Part shown: piece by piece, positions 53,630 to 64,000 of the stretch | Position numbering within the stretch: the stretch's first letter is position 1 | Layout of the letters: the number at the start of each line of letters is the position of its first letter | NCBI GenBank assembly: GCA_030141605.1 | Contig: JAQGDQ010000226.1 | Location: forward strand, 1 to 64,000 | From: Tubiluchus corallicola | Taxonomy: Eukaryota > Animalia > Priapulida | Direction: 5' to 3' | DNA length: 64,000 nt | Translations under genes and position numbers: made by a program | The notes under the pieces: model-generated | Database searches by the model: none | Seen by the model: only the letters and a program-made list of their open reading frames with translations | Told to the model about the DNA's origin: nothing

Positions 53630-53934
53630 GCCACGATGGGTATGGCAAACTATCAAGATTTTGTCTAGCAAACTGCATGTTTATTAAATATCAAGCGTAA
53701 ACACGGTATACATAAGAGGACAGCAATGCCAGCCCTCCGTCTTCAAGACAGCTCCTAATCTGCCCGAGGTGCGCGCCTCAAATTGCTTTTGTCTAGCTAC
53801 CTCATGCGCCCCGAGCTTCTGCGCATAAAGGTTATATCATCAATCTATACTTCTGACTCAGCCGTTCGAACATCAGCTGATCATCACGTAATATGCCACC
53901 CCTAACTGGACTTCTAACCAAGACGGTAATTTAA

Positions 53935-53937
<3 letters not shown>

Positions 53938-53992
<55 letters not shown>

Positions 53993-54004
53993 ATATATAT
54001 ATAT
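53938..54004. repeat. (CT)n + (TA)n microsatellite
   Basis: Directly visible. Confidence 0.95.
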
Positions 54005-54039
54005 GTTTATTGACTGATTAAGAGATAGTCGAACATGAT

Positions 54040-54460
54040 ATTTTTATTCATTCCGTAGTTCACTACAAAAAAGGACTTTTGATCATATAACGTGATCATT
54101 ACTGTCCAAAAATCGCTAAATAGTTATTTACAAATTCACAATATGACATTAGGTTTCCATTGAAAAATTCATGCAGATCGTTGAAGTTCAGTTCAGTGTT
54201 ATCTTCACGAAGGTGATTAGTAAATGGACAAAAACAGATAACATGCTCTTCTGTTTGAATGTTTAAGCCAGGACAGGAGCATCCCCTGTGTTCCCTTTTT
54301 ATCATTGCCCATCTTCCAGTCTCAATAGCTAGCTTATGTGAGGAAAGGCGTAACCGAGATGTTTTATTCCTATGGAGCTCATTTATTTTGACGTTATACA
54401 TTGCACTGACAGATAGTTCGGGATTCAGATAGAGATAGGTGCACAGTTTAGTTCTTTACA
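54040..54460 (-). mobile_element. LINE 3' fragment (CCHC knuckle)
   Basis: SRLRLSSHKLAIETGRW...RGCSC...IQTEEHVICFCP. Confidence 0.85.
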
Positions 54461-54667
54461 TCCTCAAGGATTTAATTTTGGGTTATTAATTTAATAATTT
54501 AATTAATAGATTGATCTCGAATAACTATTTTCATCAGCTTTCCTTTACTCTTTCTTCCTAATAAAGAACATTCCCAACGGTAGGGCTTGTCCTACCTCAA
54601 TCAAAACCCTTCATTAGTACATATATATATGTATAGATAAATATTTGTCTATAGACGTGGTACTTAC

Positions 54668-56226
54668 TATTATCTCCTTCTTAATGAACCTGGATCCGAG
54701 TACCAGTTATCACTTTATTATCTTAGTCACCCTTTGGTATGCAATATTAATCTTGCTAATTAATATTGATTCTTATTTGAGACATGTGATCGTATAAACT
54801 TGACTTAAGACTGAAGGAGGGATTCACCTCTAATACATTAATTGCTAAAAGGTTATTCTTAACCCGGCTACTAGAGCTTAAGATAAAATCTATAGAGCAA
54901 TAATTCCTTCTCACAAGATTGTCTCTACGACTCCGCGTTGTGAAAGAGTCTTAATCTCTAAAGCTACCTAGCAAAAGTTCCCGCAATTGAACTCGTAGAA
55001 TACTTAATGTATATAGCAAATCCTTAGACTCGTTTGCAGGATTTGATGTTGTTTAACCTAGACACCCCTAAGCAAACTCGAACTAATCATTTATGATTAA
55101 ACGAGATCCGTTTATTGTTTACAACAATTACTCTTAATTTGCTAAATTACAATATATGTACTTAATCGCCAAAGACGCTCACAATATATAATTAGCTCCC
55201 AGAGATCCTAACCGGTTTCCTTAACTAATTCTTCACTTCGCACTTAAGGTGCTAAATTTACAATGTGAAACAATTATTACAATCGACTATACGTCACACT
55301 TAAGGTGTCTATTACTGTGATGAAGCTACTATGCAGAGTTGCTCTCAAGTTACGATATGTTAAGTTCACTTAACTTGGTGGAATGACCAATAACAACCGT
55401 TCAATTGGTCAATTCCGTTTCCGTAGCAAGACTCAATTCGCAGATCCAGTGCTCAATTCTTTGAGGACGCAGATAGTTGTCTACGCTGGGTCTAGCGGTC
55501 TTAGCTCTTCTCAGGATTCCTGTATTCTCTCCAGACTCTCCTCTCTCCCCGACTCACGTGGTCCGCAACTTGTTCACTCACGACTGAACGACGATTCACT
55601 TCCCGACGCCAAACGATTAACTTCACATCCCGACGACTGACGATTAACCACGAGCCCTTGCCGCACATCATCTTATATACTCCAATGGAGACTTCATGGC
55701 TTTGCGCGCGAACGCGCTCGAGATGTCACCATAGGTCAAAGGTTCTGTTGTGGCTTGGGTGTTTATGACCATCCAGATGTCCAGGTCGCGTAGCCTCTCA
55801 CCTGAGAAACTCCGCTTCGTCTTTTGATTTTCGCGTCGCTTGGGTCATAAACTTCTGTTCAAGAAAGGAGCTTCTTCCTGCTCCTTCCCAATTATAGTCC
55901 AGCAACTCGCGTTACATTACAGGAGGTATATACTCCTAACTACTTCAAGTTATAAAATTCAGCTTCGCCTCTCTTAAATTCAAACACCTGTGACAAACTT
56001 TCCCTCTCTAAATGAACACCTGTTCCATTACTTGTAAACACATCTCTTGCGACAATAATTCCTTGCCTTACAATAAATATATGCTTTACCAGCTAAGTGA
56101 GTTCACATATTTCTTAATAAATTTCTCTAATCCAATTTGGAGGTCTCTTTATCAACATAATCTGATGAAGTTGATAACTTCATTAATTAATCATTTAATT
56201 CATGATTCCGAAATTTATTCATAACA
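54668..56226 (-). mobile_element. Solo LTR, copy 2 (1559 bp, same family as copy 1, TSD TTAC)
   Basis: Colinear with 49884-51413 with scattered substitutions and small indels; ttac at 54664-54667 and 56227-56230. Confidence 0.85.
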
Positions 56227-57590
56227 TTACTATAATAGGATTAAATACATAAGATTAAATATTTATTTACACAACCTGGTAAGTTATAGCAACACGAAAT
56301 TATTCCGTATATAGACATGGTCCTATACAGGTGGCGCTGCCTAGTAAGTTTGGCTAGAATATAGGCGCCTAGTAGTGGGCGTCGTGACCGTGATCAATTT
56401 ACACGAAGCCAGACTAGGAAGGTACATGTATGTGGCGCCATCTAATGCGCCCTAACATGACTGACTATCATAGGCATAAGTACGCCACTTTCAAAATATC
56501 GTACAGTATCTAGCCAGCACCACCCATGGCCCGTTCCCGTTCTCCAGATGTCAGACGTATAACTTTTGTAAAAAACGGCCGAAAAATGGCCATTTTGGGA
56601 GGTTTTTGCCCCCCGTTCGTCGGCAAGATCGAGACCTTTCGTTTGATGTATAGATCGCCGCAAATGGTGCCACCATCGGAGCTGTAGCCTCGAATCTTAT
56701 ATATATATATATATAATATTCGTACCAGTAGAATTAATATATGCGACTAGCAAAGGCCCCGCAAAAGATTTTGCGTATAAATACACGTGCAATCAATAAT
56801 ACGCGAACGTCCTACCAAGTCCTCATTTATAACACAAAGCCCGTAACATCCTGCCTACTTACCTAACGCAAAGCCAGCAGCGTTTACTCCTGCCTACTGT
56901 ATGTCTGTTTATCTAACGCAGAGCAGCTTTTTGCTGAACTAAAGTTATAGACAGAGTACAATGGATGACGTCAGAACAATGGAATGCGGTCAGCAGTTTT
57001 CTAAGCGCAAATTGTCGAAATTTGCGGAAAATAGAACACCTAATTAACTCGCTAGTACTCCTCTCGGTGGAAATGCCCTAAAAGATAACCCACATCATCA
57101 TGTAGCCCTGTCCTTCCTCTTTGTAAAGAGCTATATATCTCCTTCCGAGAATCCCACCGGGCGCCGCTAGAACGTTTTTCCCGCAGGCTGTTTGGTCAAA
57201 ATTTCGAAAAAATCGCGAGTTGTGTCCGGGAAAACGCCCGTTACGGGACCCCGTGGCCCTCTCGCGAATTCTAAATATGCCTAAACACCCACCGCTGAAC
57301 GGGCTATCTATCAATACCCAGTGCCACCCCCTGCCCATTCCCGTTCTCTACATCTCAGCCGTGTAACTTTTGCAAAAAACGGCCGAAAAATGGGGTTTTT
57401 CGCCCCCCCCGTTCCTCCCGGTGGGCCCGATTCGAAAAATAAACCATCAATGAGAAGACACTAGATCGAGACCTTTCTTTTGATATATAGATCGCTGCAA
57501 GTGGTGCTGTAGCCTCGAATCTTATATATATATATAAATATATTAAGCCCATCTCTTGTATTAATATTCTTGGTATGGGCTTTATATATA

Positions 57591-58039
57591 CCGTATATAC
57601 TCGCGTATAAGTCTACATCGCATATAAGCCGACCCCCTAAAACTGCTTTAAAATGGCCAGTTTTTGCAAAAACCCGTATATAAGCCGACCATCAACTTGT
57701 CTAATTTTACTCCATACCCAATCAACAAAATTGATCCCTTTTTGTCACATATATTTATACATTTTTAATATTTTTTATCTAATGAATACAAAAAGCAGAC
57801 ATTTATTGAAATGTGAATTTTTTCTAAAAAAAAGTGGGTGGACGGCGATCCCCCTCCAATACACCACTGGTGACACACAACCAAATAAAGAGTCAGATAG
57901 CGATGAAAATGTGTGGCTGGAAAATTGGCATTAGTGTCTGTCCTTGTGTTCATTTTGTTTCATGCGCATATAAGCCGACCCCCTGATTTCAGTATTGTAT
58001 TTTATAGTTCTAAATTCGGCTTATATGCGAGTATATACG

Positions 58040-58040
<1 letters not shown>
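57591..58040. mobile_element. Tc1/mariner-type MITE
   Basis: TIRs ccgtatatactcgcgtataag ... cttatatgcgagtatatacgg in a TA-rich site; internal tataagccgacc repeats. Confidence 0.85.

Positions 58041-58041
<1 letters not shown>

Positions 58042-58104
<63 letters not shown>
58042..58104. repeat. (TA)n microsatellite
   Basis: Directly visible. Confidence 0.95.
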
Positions 58105-58106
<2 letters not shown>

Positions 58107-60471
58107 ATTCGATCGCTGCAAATGGTGTCCTCGTCGGAGCTGTAGCCTCGAATTTTATATATAAATATATATATATATATATTAAGATACCAGCGAAATT
58201 AATATAATAGATAGATAATTCAAACTGGTTGATAAAAATGAAAAACAAAATGACGCCTCATTGCTATGCTGGCGTCTCGCTTGAGATAATGAGCCATTTA
58301 CATTTCAGACACTAGTTAGATTGATTGCGGTTTTTCCAGGTACAATAAACCCACATTCTCACTTACTGAGTTTGTAAAGGCATCCATGTTTATTGTTTAC
58401 TACAGTAGAACCGCACTTCCTAAAATAGGTACTTCCATGCCAAGTTATCACTTCATTGCGTACGAACATAATTTTCAACTATTGCATATCGCAGATATGA
58501 GTCTGGCATTCTACAGATGCCTCAGCACGGAAATGATTTTCGACAACTGCATAATTGTCATATAAACGACCGTAATGTATCTGAATGGCTTACTTTTTAA
58601 ACAGAATTAGCCATCATTAAACATTATCAGGGATCAGTAGTCAGTATTGGGGATTGAGAAATTGACACAGGAAGAAAATCGGTTAGCAAAGTTAGCTAAT
58701 AAGCCATAACAAGAGGATGACAAAAACTTCTTACTAATCGGGAAGACAAGGAAACAATTATGACTGTAAATTACCTACCCGGTAATACAGGTAAAATGAA
58801 TTGAGTGCTAGTTATAAGTAGTTCTTAGTCATAGAGACGAATTTAGCACGGGAGCTAGCAGTGACATGCAAGATCAACGTTAACTTTCAACTTCGGTAAT
58901 TTTGCTGTTTAGCATTTAGCATTGCAGACTTGCACTTTTTGCAGAAGAGGTAGTGAATTCGAGTGACGTGTAGCGTAGTGATGTACTGACAGAATATTTC
59001 TAAATTTATGTTGTTTGTATAATCTAGCTTACAAATGAGAATGCCTTGACGAAAACGCCAGCTATGTATCTTAGACAGCGGTGGAAACAAAGATTATAAT
59101 TTTAGCAAAAAAAGAAGTGTAATTATTAATTTATAAAATTGGACACACTTGTGATTGTATCTGGTGTATATATTCAGAGCCATTACCTGACTTACCACTC
59201 TGTGTTTGTGAGTATAGTAATTGTGTTGTAGGACTTATTATATCGTGTTCCAGAAGAACTAGCTAAACTGTAAACTAGCAAATCTTTATTTAGACAAATT
59301 GAAGCTTTTGGTTTTGCTAATAATAATTAATATAATAAAATTAATATTTATTCAAACCCAGTAGCTCAGTTGCAGTGCTAATATAGAATAGTAAAAATGC
59401 GGTCTCATGAAATGGCTAAATATATATGTTGTCTTTCGCATTGTTCGTATATAAACATTAAAGATGATCACTGACTTCCAACGAATTCACTGAGCACTTG
59501 CAATGATGTATAACCATGCTCAGAGAGCTGTGTATTCATAATTGTGATGATCAACTAGATCTCCTGTTCGGGCTTGATTTTGGTTTTTAATTGAACGAAC
59601 ACGGCATTTGCTTATTGACAGAAGTTAAGGAACATTGAGGCTGGTCAGTGAATAACTAGTGACCGTCGTGGTTAATATTTGCTCTGGCAAGCTGGTTTCA
59701 TTAAAAGATCTCACTAAAATGAATTTTTTAATATTTCTAATTTGAGAGTATTGAAATTTTAACATTTAAGAAATTCTCATGCAGTTTGGATTATTTTTCC
59801 AATTCTTAATAAAAGTCGAATTCACAAACTGCAAACATTTTTTCACTTAACAGACACACACGCACATATAAATAAATCACTTGGAAATCTCTATACAAAT
59901 ACCGACGAAATGAAACAAAATATGTTTACATGTGTACTCTGTCTCCGAAATTTTGTTTTCATTTCGGAAATAAAGCCTGAGTAAGATTAAGGGAAGGGAC
60001 ATAAAATATAATGTTAGATCTGTAATATTACGGTTTATTTCTATTTTGCTAACAAATAAGATTGCACTGTATTATGCCGTAAATTTGCTAAACTTTTGTA
60101 AACATCTGCCTGCAAAATGGAGGCAGTCGCTGTGTGTTATTGTATTATAATTTATCACCATCAAAAGATCTACCATCATCATCATCTGTACCTGATCTCA
60201 CGGAGAGAGAGTGACAGCTTACAACAGTGTTGCAATTCTAATAGGCTTGAGAGATCCTAGGCATCCATTTTCTGCGTGCCCTTTCAATGTAGCTAAGATA
60301 CTTCTGTCCTAGGGATGTATTTATAGGCATTCATGTTGCATTTTGCTACCGATTTTCTTGTGTTTGCAGTTCCTTATTCATTTAGGCTAGTACTATGTGC
60401 GATTAAAGAGTTACAAAATGAATTTAATATCATAATTTCACATGTACGAAAAGATGCAAACAAGTGCGATA

Positions 60472-61064
60472 CAGTGTTCCCTCACTTATCGCGGGTGATC
60501 CGTTCCAGGCCCACCGACGATAAGTGAATTTCCACGAAGTAGGGACGCTATACTTACTTTAGTAGTTATACATTATTTTAAGTCTTTATAAACCCTCCCC
60601 ACACTCTTATACATAACCCTTTCCATTCCCTTAATAACTTTTCCCATACTGTACATGTACCTCTCAAAAAACTTTACTTAAATGTTCAGAATTGTGTACA
60701 ATCTCATGTCGGCTAGTAGCATCTCAGGCGGGCGCAAGTGCTACATTTCGTCTTTGGTGTGTATTCATCCGCCGAATATATGCACTATTTACTGTAAATG
60801 GTAATTTTTTATGATTTATAATATTCTTTTAATGTTAGAATTAATATTTTTAATATATTTTTATACATTTTGTGATTTTTTTTATTCAAAATTCATCAAA
60901 TCTATACAATACTGTACAATGTGCAAAAATACTTTAGACAGAGTACCTCAAAAGCCCGCCACACAGCAAAAATACCACGATAAATATTTCACATTAATAT
61001 TTTTGAAAACCCGCGAAACAGCGAGTCCGCGATAAACGAACCGCGGAGTAACGAGGGAACACTG
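60472..61064. mobile_element. Tigger/pogo-like MITE with TA TSD
   Basis: TA|cagtgttccctc ... gagggaacactg|TA. Confidence 0.85.
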
Positions 61065-61441
61065 TACATACATAATGGAGCATCCTTTGTTGTAAAATGG
61101 GTTATTTCTTTCCCAGTGCAATAAAGTATCCTGCAATTTTATTAGTTTGTTCTAACTTCTAACCAACTGCCACTTTCAATAGATATTTAACTAGGCTTAG
61201 CATCTGCAAAATTGATCTTATTTTCTCTAAATTTATCTTAAGCATATTTTTTTCTAGATCTTTATCAACGTTTATCACGTAGACCACTTTTGGACAAAAA
61301 GCAGCCAATTTTGGTAAATTCTACACTTCGTGCTGCGCCAAGGACAAATTCTACACTGCAGCTGCAGTTACTGATAATGTGTTGAATTCTTCGTTTGTCC
61401 AGTTTGAATACTTATAACGTACACGGCTTGTTATCATCTGA

Positions 61442-62977
<1,536 letters not shown>

Positions 62978-64000
62978 CAAAAGTTCACACCTTTAGCAAA
63001 TGTAAATCTTCCGGTTAAATTGTTGAACTACCACGTACAGTGAAACTTAGGGCAATGCACATTATCGTTGAACTTTTTTTGTGTAACGGTCATTCAATTT
63101 TTATTGGCTCACTTTTTTCATCAACTTATGTCGTAAGTGTGCCACTCCCGTCATCGTCTGAGTTTTTGCAGTCACTAGAACAATCATTGACGGTACAAAA
63201 CTGTGGCCTGTACTCCTTGTATGCAGATCATAGATACACGAGACAAAACATACAAATGTTGGTTTGGATTTTTATTGGCTTAATTCATGTGTGAACATGA
63301 AGACCTTGATTGCCATTACATCGTTAACACGCATATTGAAAAGGCTAACTTCCATTTGTGAATGGTATGCATTTTTTTACTTGTTTAAATATTTTTTGTA
63401 GGGTATTGTTACTAAATGTGTATAATGTATATTGCATCGTTGTTTTGTCGTTTTAAATAATTATACGTGTGCTTGCATAGCAGAATCATCCCCCATAAGT
63501 TGGCAATTAAGCTTTTCGAGTTATTCACATATCCTGGATCTCCCTTTCATGGGGATTGTTTTGATACAGAGTTCATCACTTTTTGTTATTTTTAAGCTGA
63601 GATAATCTGTGTTGAAGTTGAGGTGCAGGCTGCACACTGAAAAACATAACCTTGAAAAAATTCCTGTTAAAGTCAGCCATTGTTTTTGTCGCATTTCTAC
63701 AAAACACTTAGCAACCGTACAAATGTTGGTTGCTACGGAATTTACACGAACACGTTGAAGTTATGTTTAAATCCAGCAGATGGCTCTTCCTGGCGAACAT
63801 CTGGGCTTGTCAACAGAAAAAACCCAAAGCAAAATGATTGCTTCCACAAACTGCTATCGGAGTTTCAAAATACAATTTTTTTACAATTGTAGTGCTAGTT
63901 TCTAGACAGAAAAGTGGGCAAGGGGTTATAAAATTAAATTTTTATGTTTTTTGAACAGTTTCTTGATAATTTCATGCTAGAATATAAAACTCCAATATAT

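Larger units (their letters stand above)
56510..58190 (-). mobile_element. Cluster of Helitron-related segments (3' end at 56747, repeated terminal modules)
   Basis: actag + cgcaaaagattttgcg hairpin at 56746-56776, shared with 14856; the module ...gatcgc...ctgtagcctcgaat(c/t)ttatatata recurs near 56690, 57515 and 58145. Confidence 0.6.

Noticed and set aside
49884-56226. A single LTR retrotransposon that captured a fucosyltransferase
   Set aside because: Each repeat has its own 4-bp TSD (ACAG; TTAC), the outer flanks do not match, and I see no PBS, PPT or gag-pol remnants between them

Overview
This is AT-rich animal (invertebrate-like) genomic DNA, not prokaryotic: there are no operons and no CRISPR array. 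Four host genes are supported. (1) An intronless GT-A-fold glycosyltransferase (1970-3037, -). (2) A spliced, secreted short-chain collagen reconstructed from four phase-1-linked coding exons (21139-31422, +, ~348 aa); it has an RGG/GY-rich N-terminus, seven KGH motifs and no C-terminal globular domain. (3) An intronless alpha-1,3-fucosyltransferase (GT10) broken by a 1-bp frameshift (51498-52759, +). (4) An intact intronless SRP54 (61454-62977, +). The rest is a dense mix of repeats: a 5S-rRNA-headed SINE with an RTE-like body, LINE 3' fragments (several with readable target-site duplications, TSDs), a bipartite Rex1-like element, an internally deleted Gypsy provirus, a dead Tc1, MITEs, Helitron ends, and many micro- and minisatellites, including a GC-rich 48-bp array with higher-order structure. 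Two ~1.55-kb same-family solo LTRs bracket the fucosyltransferase, but each has its own 4-bp TSD. I found no clearly new multi-gene system. The best leads are the collagen architecture, the 5S/RTE chimeric SINE and the LTR-bracketed fucosyltransferase. All family assignments come from motif recognition by eye, without database searches.
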